A stretch of DNA of 64,000 nucleotides from Chrysomallon squamiferum. Lineage: Eukaryota; Animalia; Mollusca. The notes under the pieces are model-generated. The model saw only the letters and a program-made list of their open reading frames with translations. It was not told the origin of the DNA and ran no database searches. Each line of letters opens with the position of its first letter. The first letter of the stretch is position 1. The DNA lies in the NCBI GenBank assembly GCA_012295275.1, contig CM022677.1:23374001-23438000 (forward strand). The letters are read 5' to 3'. Shown one piece after another: positions 1 to 13,050 of the stretch. The position numbers and the translations under genes are program-made.

Positions 1-1260
1 AGAACAACATTATTTTTGAATAATCGTGACGTAACTTTGGTACGTTTCGGAAAATAGACATAGTTTCGTTTCTACATTATCGTAGTTCCCCATTCCCACA
101 AAAAGGCTTAAAATTAGTCTCATCTGAAGGTGAACGATTTCCTTTCAAAACTATGTTTTTGTTTCTTAAAATTGAGCAAAATTACGGAACCTTAGAAAAC
201 AAGAATTTTTTTAACTGTAAATAATCTATGTTGTTTGCAAAAAAATCCCTAATCAAATATAATTTGTGAAAAGAGGAATTTCTGCGCTTTCTAATGAACA
301 CGGAAATTATTCTTATTGTATAACGGCGAAAACCCGACGCGCGTTAAAACACGGTCACTCGTTGTCCAGAAAAGAACTTCGACATCGATCTACGTTCAAG
401 ATAAGCAAATAGACTTTAATGGGTTGTGCAGGAAAATATGAGCGATGAACATGTATCTAGAGATTTACGTTTTTGGGGTAAAAATACGTACGGTTTGCAA
501 AGATTAGCCATAAAATCCCCATAATAGAGCTATTTCTGGGAGAACCAGTAATATCCATGAAATGTACGTTTGAACTTTCTTTTGTCAGAGGATACTCGGG
601 CTAGAGGAAAAGTCCAAAATGACTGGTGCCGACATTAGCAGGTAATCACGATATAAAAGTATGCACACTATGATTTGTCAGTTGTGTTTTGATCTTGTAC
701 TTTTCAGTAACTTTCCGACTCACAATCCGGACACATCTAGCTTTTGTTGCTATACGTAATAATATGTCCAAATATATTTCTTGACTTTCTTTTTATAACT
801 TGGATCGTTTGAATTAAAATCAAATTATATGTGTCCGTAACTAACACTGAAAGTGAAGCAAAAAGCAAGACTATAGGCTCAGTTTAATTACTGACCGAAG
901 CTAACTTCCTTGACCTACCTTGTGGCGAGTTCGTTGGAAATTCCCCAAGTTCAGAAGCTAACCTATACAAAAATATTTTAAAATTTAAAGGATATTTTTT
1001 TATTCCTAAACAAAATAAAACACAAGTATGTAAGACAGTCATTGTTTATATGACAATGATTTCATCAGCAAAAAGCGGATGAAACTTATGAAGTAAGGGT
1101 ATTGTTTTCGCTGTCATGTTTTTCAAATGCGAACGACAAATTCTCTGAATCACGATAAAACAAACAACACACAGTTTAAGAGCATATCTTCATTATTATT
1201 TCTATGCAGTTCAAAATGTTACAGGTTTCTTGTAAGCCGAGACAAAGAGGTTAAAAACAA
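1..1260 (+). repeat. Relatively CpG-rich intronic segment paralogous to 26580-27720 (unclassified, possibly a transposon relic)
   Basis: Direct match: agaacaacattattttt...gaataatcgtg at 1 and 26580. The copy at 26580 has an internal ~110-bp duplication and deletions. Confidence 0.7.
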
Positions 1261-1316
1261 CCTTTTTACATTTATTGGCTGAAACATAACTTAAATCATA
1301 GCTGCCTTCAGTCTCA

Positions 1317-1385
<69 letters not shown>

Positions 1386-1468
1386 AAATATAAAGTATAG
1401 AACATAATGTATTAACTAACTTAATACACAAAAACACCAACAAGAACACCACCACCACCAACAACAAT

Positions 1469-1500
<32 letters not shown>

Positions 1501-1513
1501 CTACAACAACAAC

Positions 1514-1576
<63 letters not shown>

Positions 1577-1641
1577 GTTAAATTGAAAGCAAAAAATGCC
1601 GTGTATAACAGAACATTAGACTTAGTAATTATCGTTTTAAG

Positions 1642-1830
1642 TCGATGGTGGATGGGCATCTTGGGAAACTGATCAAACGATGTGTGCGGTTTCGTGTGGA
1701 AATGGTAGTGAACACACGATTTATGAAAGGCAATGTACAAATCCAGAACCACAACACGGAGGAAACGATTTTGTAGGACAAGCATCGAAGACTAGTGTCT
1801 CTGGTAGCTGCTGGGAAAGATACTGTCCAG
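1642..1830 (+). pseudogene. TSR exon class F, copy 1, donor-defective
   Basis: ttaag|VDGGWASWETDQTMCAVSCGNG...NDFVGQ...RYCP. The donor reads GGAAAG where the paralogue at 28226 has GTAAAG, and the fourth Cys is changed to Phe (TGT>TTT). Confidence 0.8.
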
Positions 1831-3669
1831 GGAAAGAAATCGCGCTGTTTACCTTGTCATTAAAATCACTGTTAATTAATTAATTTTGAGAGACATTTAT
1901 CTGCGTAAGGGAAATATATTTCATATTTTAAAGAAATGTTTAAAGACATAAAGGAAAAAGCATTACATCGAAGGAAGTTCAGAGTACTGTGTAATTATAT
2001 TTTTCAGTTAACGGTGGATGGACATCTTGGGAAATATCTGGGTCTGAATGTAGCGTTACCTGTGGGCAGGGTAATCAGCAGACGGTTTATAGTAGGCAGT
2101 GCACGAATCCACAACCACAGCATGGTGGAGATGATTGTGCAGGGGAATCTACAAAGCAGGATGTTTCAGGTGACTGTCAGGAACAAGACTGTCCAGGTAT
2201 TCAACTTGTGATTAGATTCATTTCTTAATTATTTGAAAATACACATATGTTGGTGTTTTCCTGAAAGATATACATATATATATATATATATTTTTAATCC
2301 AGTGATATCATTAACATTTTGTTTCAGTTTATTAGGAAGGAAGTGATGAAATTTCATAAATTTCATTTTTGGTATGTTTATCTTATTTTTATATGCAGCT
2401 AAAATCTGCTAAAATAGTTTTCAGAAACGTTTTACTTTTAATTTATAATGAAAAGTAGAAATATGCATGCTCTGTGTCATGGTCCGTTATTAAGGTGCGG
2501 TAATTTGCATGTCTGAGTAATCCGGAGAGATTCAGGAGGAGCTACAGCTTTCTAGTAGGGATTCCCTGGTCAGGTAAGGCAACAGACTAATTAATGTATG
2601 GGACAAAGCTACTGGCAGTGGGGGAAGTAAAAATAAGGCAAAGGAAAATACATGAAAGCTACGAAGTGTAAAACAATGGAAGGTACCTCACAGAGAATGA
2701 TATCACACAGTTTCTCTAACACCAACCTGCTGGCCAAACGTTGCAGTAGCCAGTTATCAGTCATTGATTATGGACCAATTAAATTTAGAGTACATCTCAA
2801 CCACAGAGGGGATTACTGTAAAATGTTGCAAAGATGGAATTTAAAAAGGTAAACTGGGTTGGAATCAGATAATAAAAGAAAGAAAAAAGTCTTCAGGCTC
2901 AGGTGGAATCACTAATGAAAGGAGAAAATTACCTCTAGACGAAGAATCAATAGCCACAGGAATCATGTTGACCTCGAAAACACAGCTTAAGAAATCTCCC
3001 AGCAGGCTAGAACTACATATCCTAGTTATAAAGAAACACTCTGGAACATCCTGCCAACATTCAAATAAAACTCTACACAAGTCATGTTAGATTAACACCA
3101 GAATTTGGAAAGACATCCTGGCGAACATCAGCTAAAACGGACTTATGGACAGTAAGACCAAAAACATTCCAGTGCAATATACTGTTCCTGCTTGGAAGAG
3201 AAACACTTTTATCTTCTAGGAATTATCAAAACGGCTGCCATGTCAAAATTGGTAGGAAGCGCTCTTACGATATAGGAAAAACGCATCCCCTCAAAATCTG
3301 TGGATACAGGATTATACTGATGGATCAGTTGACAAAGGACACAAATAGAGGCGGATGAATTCAAATTTAACTCATTATATGTCAAAAAGATTCCGGTTTA
3401 ATTTTAACAGGTAAGCACTTCTCCAATTATAAGGCAGAAATGAATCCCTGAGCAAAAGCGTTTTTCAACAAAATACACAGTAAAGTAATAATCTTTTCTG
3501 ATGATCCTGCTGTTTTCGAGACTGAATTCCGACAAACAAAATAGTGTAATCTTTATATTTAATTATGGTAAAGTGAAACACGGCTATAATTGTTGACACA
3601 AGTTAAAACAGTTTTATATAATTATTTATTTTAATTAATTAATTAATTTATTGTTATTACAATTATTAC

Positions 3670-3748
<79 letters not shown>

Positions 3749-3824
3749 TTTTTTTTTTTTTTTTAGAAATCATTAGGTGCAAAAATCATGTTTATGGAAA
3801 TATGACCTGTTAAAAGAATAATAT

Positions 3825-3915
<91 letters not shown>

Positions 3916-4642
3916 TACTGTGTATGCAACGTAAGTTACTGTGTATGCAACGTGAGTTAAATCTCAGAATTACAATAGTTATTGTCTGTTTTTATTTTGT
4001 CATCCTCAAAAATAAAGACATTCGTTCACACACATACAAACATACATGATCATGATCATTTTATTTTCTAAACTTTTCTCTCAGTAGCAAACAGTAAAGT
4101 GATGTTCTAAAAATTACGTACGAAAATGGTTTCTATTATTGATATTAAATTGATTTAAGCGGTGGATGGGGGATGGAGTACGTGGATAATTACCTTTATC
4201 CCTTGTCCACAGACGTGTGGACCTCGAAAACGTGTCTACAGCACCACTGTCAAAGTACGACAGTGCACGAGACCACCACCGCAGTATGGAGGACGTTGTA
4301 GAGGTGTTAGTGCAGAAACACAAATGGAGGATTGTCGTATTCCTGAATGTCCTGGTAATTATACTATTATTACAGTTTATTTGTATTTATTTAATTATTT
4401 GTTAGAGCTTGTTTATATTTTCTGTTAGGTAACACATCACATAATTGTGACAATAGTTTTGAATGTTAAAGAGCCTCTCTCAAATGTTATGTGTATATAA
4501 AATAAGAGAAATTGGAAAGGATTTGTTTTTGTGCAGTTTATATCAGTGAAGAGTGGTGTCCTTGTACAGAATATTTGGTTAAAGCATTAATAATACTTAA
4601 TAGAAATATCCAACAATAAGACGAAGTCTTCGATAAGTAAGC

Positions 4643-4676
<34 letters not shown>

Positions 4677-7600
4677 TACTGTAAGCACACATTTGGTCAG
4701 CGGTAGAAATCTGTACGTTATGTTTAGTCTTGCCACATTATTCCTGTCTTGCCACATATCATTAGAAAGCTCATTTTATTAACTTGGCCACCACGTCTTG
4801 TTCTGGACACCACAGAAGTTGGGGTATTGTTTTCACTGTCACGTTTTTCAAATTTGAACGACAAATTCTCTGAATCAGTCACGATAAAATAAACAACACA
4901 CAATTTAAGAGGAAATATTCATTATTATTTCTATGCAGTTCAAAATATTAGAGGTTTCTTGTAAGCCGAGTCAAAGAGGTTAAAAACAACTGATTTTGCT
5001 CCTTTTTACAATGATTGATGAAACGTAGCTGCCTGCTGCTGCCTTCAGTCTCATACATTCACACACACAGACGCATACACACACAGACACACACAAACAC
5101 TAAAATATAAACTAAAATGAATTAACTACACAAGAACAACGACGACGACGACCACAACAACAACAACAACAACAATAATAATAAAGTTAAATTGAAAGCA
5201 GAAGTGCCGTGTATAACAGAACATTAAACTTAGTAATTATCGTTTTAAATCGATGGTGGATGGGCATCTTGGGAAACTGATCAAACGATGTGTGCGGTTT
5301 CGTGTGGAAATGGTAGTGAACACACGATTTATAAAAGGCAATGTACAAATCCAGAACCACAACACGGAGAAAACGATTGTGTAGGTCAAACAACGAAAAC
5401 TAGTGTCTCTGGTAGCTGCTGGGAAAGATATTGTCCAGGTATAAAAATCGCGATGTTTTCCTTGTCACTGTTAGTTAATTTTGAGAGACATTTATGTGCG
5501 CATACAGAAAGAAACAGTGTGGTGGTTACAGCTTGTTAAACGAGCGTAGAAAGAACAGCATTAGCATATAGTTTTTTTTTATGACATCTTATATTTAATC
5601 TAGTAACAATTCATGTGTTGATGATACATACTCATCTTTAGAAGACCCCCCCCAAAAAAAAAAGAAAGAATAGAAAATACAAAAAAAAAAAAAAAAAATA
5701 AAAAGTAAATAACGAAAATAAGAAAAACAAAATGACTCTTTTCAATTCTGTATATTCGTGAGGTTAAAAGATGCCATACGTGTGCAAAATGGCCAGTTAA
5801 GAGAGAACATAAAATATCACGTTTTAAAGAAATGTTTAATTGGTGCCTGTGGCTTTTTGTTTAAAACAGCAACTTTGCTGGAAAGGTGGAAAAGGTTGTG
5901 GCAAACAAATGATTGTCAAATAGTGTAACACGTCAAGTAAGATTATTATCTCCTGATAAAGATAGTTACGTAGCTATAAGATGTGATACAGATTAACTGT
6001 CGTAGAACACTTATAAAGGCTAGATTGTTCTTGTATCATATTGGATATGAATAAATGAGTTCAGAATGACTTAAATCCATAAGTAAATCATTCTTTTCAT
6101 AGACGCCTTCACCATCATCAAGGAACCAGTCTCTATTCAAAGTCTATACATCCATCCTTGTTGATTATTTAATTACAAGTACTTTGTGCACTTTGATCAT
6201 CTAGAAATTGAATAGCAATAGATTTGACTTCAAAATATCTTTTGATTAATTCACTTTTGTACAATTTAAACCAACTAATTGTAAGACATAAAGGAAAAAG
6301 CATTACATCGAAGGAAGTTCAGAGTACTGTGTAATTATATTTTTCAGTTAACGGTGGATGGACATCTTGGGAAATATCTGGGTCTGAATGTAGCGTTACC
6401 TGTGGGCAGGGTAATCAGCAGACGGTTTATAGTAGGCAGTGCACGAATCCACAACCACAGCATGGTGGAGATGATTGTGCAGGGGAATCTACAAAGCAGG
6501 ATGTTTCAGGTGACTGTCAGGAACAAGACTGTCCAGGTATTCAACTTGTGATTAGATTCATTTCTTAATTATTTGAAAATACACATATGTTGGTGTTTTC
6601 CTGAAAGATATACATATATATATATATTTTTAATCCATTAACATTTTGTTTCAGTTTATTAGGAAGGAAGTGATGAAATTTCATAAATTTCATTTTTGGT
6701 ATGTTTATCTTATTTTTATATGCAGCTAAAATCTGCTAAAATAGTTTTCAGAAACGTTTTACTTTTAATTTATAATGAAAAGTAGAAATATGCATGCTCT
6801 GTGTCATGGTCCGTTATTAAGGTGCGGTAATTTGCATGTCTGAGTAATCCGGAGAGATTCAGAAGGAGGAGCTACAGCTCTCTAGTAGGGATTCCCTGGT
6901 CAGGTAAGGCAACAGACTAATTAATGTATGGGACAAAGCTACTGGCAGTGGGGGAAGTAAAAATAAGGCAAAGGAAAATACATGAAAGCTACGAAGTCTA
7001 AAACAATGGAAAGTACCTCACAGAGAATGATATCACACAGTTTCTCTAACACCAGCCTGCTGGCCAAACGTTGCAGTAGTCAGTTATCAGTCATTGATTA
7101 TGAACGAATTAAACTGAGAGTACATCTCAACCACAGAGGGAGTTACTGTAAAATGTTGCAAAGATGGAATTTAAAAAGGTAAACTGGGTGGGAATCAGAT
7201 AATAAAAGAAAGAAAAAAGTCTTCAGGCTCAGGTGGAATCACTAATGAAAGGAGAAAATTACCTCTAGACGAAGAATCAATAGCCACAGGAATCATGTTG
7301 ACCTCGAATACACAGCTTAAGAAATCTCCCAGCAGGCTAGAACTACATATCCTAGTTATAAAGAAACTCTCTGGAACATCCTGCCAACATTCAAAGAAAA
7401 CTCTACACAAGTCATGTTAGATTAACACCAGAATTTGGAAAGACATCCTGGCGAACATCAGCTAAAACGGACTTATGGACAGTAAGACCAAAAACATCCC
7501 AGTGCAATATACTGTTCCTGCTTGGAACAGAAACACTTTTATCTTCTAGGAATTATCAAAACGGCTGCCATGTCAAAATTGGTAGGAAGCGCTCTTACGA

Positions 7601-7999
7601 TATAGGAAAAACGCATCCCCTCAAAATCTGTGGATACAGGATTATACTGATGGATCAGTTGACAAAGGACACAAATAGAGGCGGATGAATTCAAATTTAA
7701 CTCATTATATGGCAAAAAGATTCCGGTTTAATTTTAACAGGTAAGCACTTCTCCAGTTATAAGGCAGAAATGAATCCCTGAGCAAAAGCGTTTTTCAACA
7801 AAATACACAGTAAACAAATAATCTTTTCTGATGATCCTGCTGTTTTCGAGACTGAATTCCGACAAACAAAATAGTGTAATCTTTATATTTAATTATGGTA
7901 AAGTGAAACACGGCTATAATTGTTGACACAAGTTAAAACAATTTTATATAATTATTTATTTTAATTAATTAATTAATTTATTATTATTACAATTATTAC

Positions 8000-8057
<58 letters not shown>

Positions 8058-8136
8058 TTTTTTTTTTTTTTTTTTTAGAAATCATTAGGTGCAAAAATCA
8101 TGTTTATGGAAATATGACCTGTTAAAAGAATAGTAT

Positions 8137-8235
<99 letters not shown>

Positions 8236-9408
8236 TGTGTATGCAACGTAAGTTACTGTGTATGCAACGTGAGTTAAATCTCAGAATTACAATAGTTATT
8301 GTCTGTTTTTATTTTGTCATCCTCAAAAATAAAGACATTCGTCCACACACATACAAACATACATCATCATCATCATGATCATTTTACTTTCTAAACTTTT
8401 CTCTCAGTAACAAACAGTAAAGTGATGTTCCAAAAATTACGTACGAAAATGGTTTCTATTATTGATATTAAATTGATTTAAGCGGTGGATGGTGGATGGA
8501 CTTCGTGGATAATTACCTTTATCCCTTGTACACAGACGTGTGGACCTAAAAAACGCGTCTTCAGCACCACTGTCAAAGTACGACAGTGCACGAGACCACC
8601 ACCGCAGTATGGAGGACGTCGTTGTAGAGGGGTTAGTGCAGAAACAAGAATGGAGGATTGTCGTATTCCCGAGTGTCCTGGTAATTATGCTATTATTACA
8701 GTTTATTTGTATTTATTTAATTATTTGTTTATATTTTCTGTTAGGTAACACATCACATAATTGTGACAATAGTTTTGAATGTTAAAGAGCCTCTCTCAAA
8801 TGTTATGTGTATATAAAAATAAGAGAAATTGGAAAGGATTTGTTTTCGTGCAGTTTATATCAGTGAAGTGCGGTGTCCTTGTACAGAATATTTGTTTAAA
8901 GCATTAATAATAATTAATAGAAAAATCCAACAATAAGACGAAGCCTTCGGTAAGTAAGCAGGTAAAAAAAAAATAATAAGAAAAAATAAAATAAAATAAA
9001 ATAACAATAACAGTAAAAAATGTTAAAAAAAATTTAATAAAGAAAAATAAGGACGAAAGAAAATAAAAGAAATTGTATATATAAAAGTTTGAAATATTTT
9101 ACCATACAAACGATACAAACTTTTAAAACATAATCAGTGACTATGGTACCTAGAATGTACTAACGTCAGCAATAAATAAAAAAATAAATAAAAAAAATAA
9201 TAATTCAGCTGGATTCGAGTATAGACTATTTATATTATTTTTATTTTATTTGTATTTATTTAAAAAATACTGGAATCTGTTTGTAATATACAAAATAAAA
9301 TTGACATGTACAATGGATTTTTGGGGGGATGAATAATATACGAGTTTTAAAACATTTTATATTTCTGTAGTGGAATTAACCACGTTTTTTTTTTGGATTG
9401 TTTGCGAG

Positions 9409-9443
<35 letters not shown>

Positions 9444-9642
9444 TCTATGATTAATAAATATCTTACATTTAATAAATGATATTTCGAATATAGAAATAGT
9501 TTTAATGTTTTCTATTTATTTATTTTTTTGTATTTTTTACTTCAGAATCAGTAGTGATGAAAGGTATGTTATCTTTTTATTTCTTTTAAAATTTATAAAA
9601 TGGTCATAAATAAATTTGATAGTCTAATATCCACTGATATTA

Positions 9643-9729
<87 letters not shown>

Positions 9730-10598
9730 AATAATAATAATAATTTAAAAATAAATAAAGAAGAAATAGTCGTAATGAGTTAAATCTGAGATATGATAAT
9801 TTGATGAAATGGACTTTCCAGTTCAAGATGTTTAAAATATTCCAGACTTTGCTTCACGATCTGATCTCCATGTAACACATCGTGATGTAATAAATCTCTG
9901 TTACATGATATGCAGAACAGTCTGGTCTTTATTAACAATTTTCTGTAATTTATGTTCAGAATAAATAATCTTTTTTATTAGCTTGTTCTAAAATGTCATT
10001 TTGTGGTTAAGGTGTGTGAGATTAATGTTTGAATGCATTCAGTATTCACTCAGAGTTTAGCTCATACATATTTATTTGTATAAACAAAAATAATAATACT
10101 TTCAGGAGACAGGAGTGAAGACATTGCAGTACCAATAGTGATGGTTGTCTTGTTTGTTGCGCTCGGATTAGCTGTTTTTACTTACTACAGGTGAACACCA
10201 TTAACAGTAGCAAACGATATCTTGTTGTTGTTGTTGTTGTTGTTTTTTTGGTTTAATTATTAAAGAAAAAGATGTTTACATAGTAGTGAATTATTAGTGA
10301 AGTTATACGTAACACTTAGAGTGCATACACAGAATGTTGCAAACAAAACCAAGCACTAAATTTTATTGTTTCAGTTACTTTGAAGGATGAAGACGTTTTA
10401 AAATGCTTTAATTATAAAAACAATTGCTTTTACTTATTAGTTATTTATTTTGTGCTTGGAATGCAAACATAGAAGTATTATTATTATTATTATTATTTTT
10501 CTTTTTTAAGGACGATAGATAATCGGAACAGAGGCAGCGAAATACTTATCAAGGAAAGGCCTGAAATAGGTAGCCATGAAAATTATGCAATGACTTAA
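1642..10598 (+). CDS. Gene 1 (3' part): multi-TSP1-repeat single-pass type-I membrane protein; 5' end lies upstream of the window
   Basis: Phase-1 TSR exons at 2008, 4160, 6348 and 8483 (plus two splice-defective copies at 1642 and 5250) splice in frame to the microexon 9546-9563, TM exon 10106-10190 and tail exon 10511-10598 ending in TAA. Confidence 0.85.
2008..2196 (+). CDS. TSR exon class G (gene 1)
   Basis: ttttcag|VNGGWTSWEISGSECSVTCGQGNQQTVYSRQCTNPQPQHGGDDCAGESTKQDVSGDCQEQDCP|gtattc; 189 nt, six Cys, WxxW. Confidence 0.92.
2510..3535 (+). mobile_element. Decayed non-LTR retrotransposon (LINE with RT C-terminus and RNase H, I/Nimb/Ingi-like)
   Basis: Frameshifted remnants read WIQDYTDGSVDKG, SNYKAE and VIIFSD (RNase H motifs YTDGS, SNYxAE, IFSD) and KKHSGTS (post-RT region). 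Boundaries are approximate. Confidence 0.7.
4160..4354 (+). CDS. TSR exon class H (gene 1, copy 1)
   Basis: taag|AVDGGWSTWIITFIPCPQTCGPRKRVYSTTVKVRQCTRPPPQYGGRCRGVSAETQMEDCRIPECP|gtaatt; 195 nt. Confidence 0.88.
5250..5438 (+). pseudogene. TSR exon class F, copy 2, acceptor-defective
   Basis: The TSR frame is open, but the acceptor is TTTTAAA|TC where paralogues have TTTTAAG|TC. The donor GT at 5439 is intact. Confidence 0.8.
6348..6536 (+). CDS. TSR exon class G (gene 1, copy 2)
   Basis: Identical in sequence to 2008-2196, with intact AG/GT. Confidence 0.92.
6840..7865 (+). mobile_element. Second copy of the decayed LINE (RT/RNase H) fragment
   Basis: Near-identical to 2510-3535; copied with the intragenic tandem duplication. 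Confidence 0.7.
8483..8680 (+). CDS. TSR exon class H (gene 1, copy 2; membrane-proximal)
   Basis: taag|AVDGGWTSWIITFIPCTQTCGPKKRVFSTTVKVRQCTRPPPQYGGRRCRGVSAETRMEDCRIPECP|gtaatt; 198 nt. Confidence 0.88.
9546..9563 (+). CDS. 18-nt linker microexon (ESVVMK)
   Basis: Strong pyrimidine tract and ttcag|...aaag|gtatgt; phase 1-1; conserved at 31802-31819. Confidence 0.7.
10106..10190 (+). CDS. Transmembrane exon (gene 1)
   Basis: ttcag|GDRSEDIAVPIVMVVLFVALGLAVFTYYR|gtgaac; about 22 hydrophobic residues followed by Arg. Confidence 0.88.
10511..10598 (+). CDS. Cytoplasmic tail / terminal exon (gene 1)
   Basis: Phase-2 acceptor ttaag| continues the TM exon: TIDNRNRGSEILIKERPEIGSHENYAMT*. An AATAAA lies at 10714. 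Confidence 0.85.
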
Positions 10599-12951
10599 CT
10601 TTGAAGCAAAATATTATAATTATTCTTATAGATATATTTGTCAGAGAGAACATTTTGAGATCAAATGTTATATTTTACTTTTATGTGTATGTTATTTGCT
10701 CAGATCTTTTAATAATAAAAATAGCATAATACTATTTAAAGATATTAGAAAGGTGAAAATACTAAATAAACTACTTTTGTTTATTTCTGTTAGAATATCT
10801 GTTTTTTTCACCTATTTTTTGCTAATTAATTAGTTTTATCGAAATTGCTTTAAAATTTTATCAGATACATATATAAATATATATGTATATTTTGACATAT
10901 TAAATGTTATGTTCTTGATTTCAGGTGTTTTATCAAATTATTCTATATCTGTTTTTAAAATCTATGTGTTTACATATTTTGATAGTTAAATAATTTCTTC
11001 ATTCGTTACCTTTTTACAAATTTTAAATAATGTGTTGCAGTTATTACCGTGATTGTGTAAGCGGAAGTAAATCAGACTCAAAACTCAAACTAGCAACCGG
11101 CATGACGTAAAAGAGGATAGAAACTATATTCAATAATATTTGTATTAAGAGACACCTAACATTGTTTAAAATACTTCCTTACACTCCGCTAATTCAGATT
11201 ATATGTATGTATGCATGTATGTATGTATGTCCGTATAAACACCCCCCCCACACATATATATCGTTTTCATCTTCTTTTCTTGTTAACGTATGTTCTTGTT
11301 TTCATATTTTATATCATAAGTATCATAATGGAATTTTCCACAGGAGACCAGTGGCTTCATTTTCTCCTATATTTGCCCATTGCCATCAGTCCAGTCTCCT
11401 AAGCGAAGAGTCCATTTTCAATACGGAATTACGAGCTTAGGAGCTCGTTTCACTCCAGGTGAATGAGATTAGTTTTTTTTGTTACTTGTGTAATTAACAA
11501 AACTGATTCAATAAGGAGTTAGTAGAACTCAAAAAAAAAAAAAAAAATAAAATAAAATAAAAAAATAAAATCAGTAAATAAAAAAATAAAAAATAAATAA
11601 AAAAAACAACAAAGAAATAAAACAATAAATAAAAACGAAAAACTTAGAAAAGAAAACTTGTTATTTTGCTATCTGATGGCTAACACGTCTTTCAAATTTT
11701 AAATAGGATGAATTGTGATGATTGAAATAATAAACTTTATTTTTTAAAATGAATCATTATGATTATTAATTTGACTATTTTACCCCTAACCTATATAAAA
11801 AATGTTATTAAATGGCTTTGAAACATCAACAAGAAAAAGTATATATATATATATTTAGAGAGAGAGAGAGAGAGAGTATCAGGGATCAGAGTTTTGCGCA
11901 AATTTATTGATTTTATAGGGTTAGTTTTTCTTTGTTTAATGTTCTGTACTCATTTCTGCAATTCGTTTATTTCTGGTCGGGAGAGTATATTTTAGAATTA
12001 GGCTCGGCATAATACTTTGTTTACATCCGACTTTGTCTTACCAAGTCTTCATTTTATATGTGACCCAACAACAAAGCATATACTATAGTTGAATGCACAG
12101 GAAATAGTACAACAGCTGCTGACCAATCTGTGACGAAACGGTTCAAAAGAGTAGACGATGCTGAATCATTTCAAATAAATTAATTCACAGTGGGTCGAGA
12201 TTCAGAATGTTTGCTGGTACATTTTATTAGAATATCATCCAAGTAATAGCTCCAAAATGTGTTATCACTACATAGCTATAGCGATTTGAACGTAACTTGT
12301 GTCAAATAACACAATTTGTTTTTCATGCAAAGAAATAAGTAAGTTCATTTTTTCCATGATTGATAGTACTGATGTTTGCAAAAAAAATGAGTATCATGAA
12401 AGCCGATTTTCAGAATGACCTCCATAGGGATTCTATTAAGAGACTGTTCGTAGTAAATTAATTTATGGATCTCGTTTCAGATCTGGTTGTAGATTCTAAT
12501 AAAAACACTTCTGTACATGATTAACGTTTCTAAGTTGTATACATTTTTTACCGTTTTATTCAGCACCGTGTTCTATTTGCTGCGGTCATTGTTTTTCATT
12601 TGTTGCCTTTGACTGTACAATTTTATTATAATTTCTATATCAATAACAATAAAAACAGATAATGACCTTTTCCTTAATATAAAATATAAAATATATTCAA
12701 ATTTTACAAAGTGTAGCGAAGTATAAGAAAATGGGTTAGAGTTCTTCGCTAAGTTGAACCTTTGTGCAGTTAGCTACTATTAATTATAATAAATGACATA
12801 ATAAAACTGCAGAAGTAGCAGAAACGATAAAGTCAATGCTGCAGATATGCGAATGAGCACAGTAACCATCCCATCGCCATATAGAGAAATAAAATAATAA
12901 ATAATAATGAAAATTCAAAAAATAAAAATAAAAATAAAATCGTAAGTCAAT

Positions 12952-12954
<3 letters not shown>

Positions 12955-13046
<92 letters not shown>
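12955..13046. repeat. (GA)n microsatellite
   Basis: Pure AG dinucleotide run. Others occur at ~3848-3913, ~8146-8233 and ~25684-25758, with (CA)n at ~1319-1382. Confidence 0.95.

Positions 13047-13050
<4 letters not shown>

Larger units (their letters stand above)
1097..8960 (+). repeat. Intragenic tandem duplication of the F-G-LINE-H module (about 1097-4642 and 4821-8960)
   Basis: Exons, LINE fragment and introns are repeated near-identically. Copy 1 has a large deletion in the F-G intron near 1940. Confidence 0.9.

Noticed and set aside
1211-1785. ORFs with poly-CV, poly-L, poly-ER, poly-Y/H and IYLS runs (here and at 3828, 9593, 13613, 25560, 58362, etc.)
   Set aside because: They are translations of microsatellites with no splice or domain support.
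12700-12890. - strand hydrophobic stretch (VTVLIRISAALTLSFLLLLQF; paralogue ~34920-35110) as the TM/GPI exon of the EGF gene
   Set aside because: Stops follow immediately, the acceptor is present in only one copy, and hydrophobic translation is expected in T-rich DNA.
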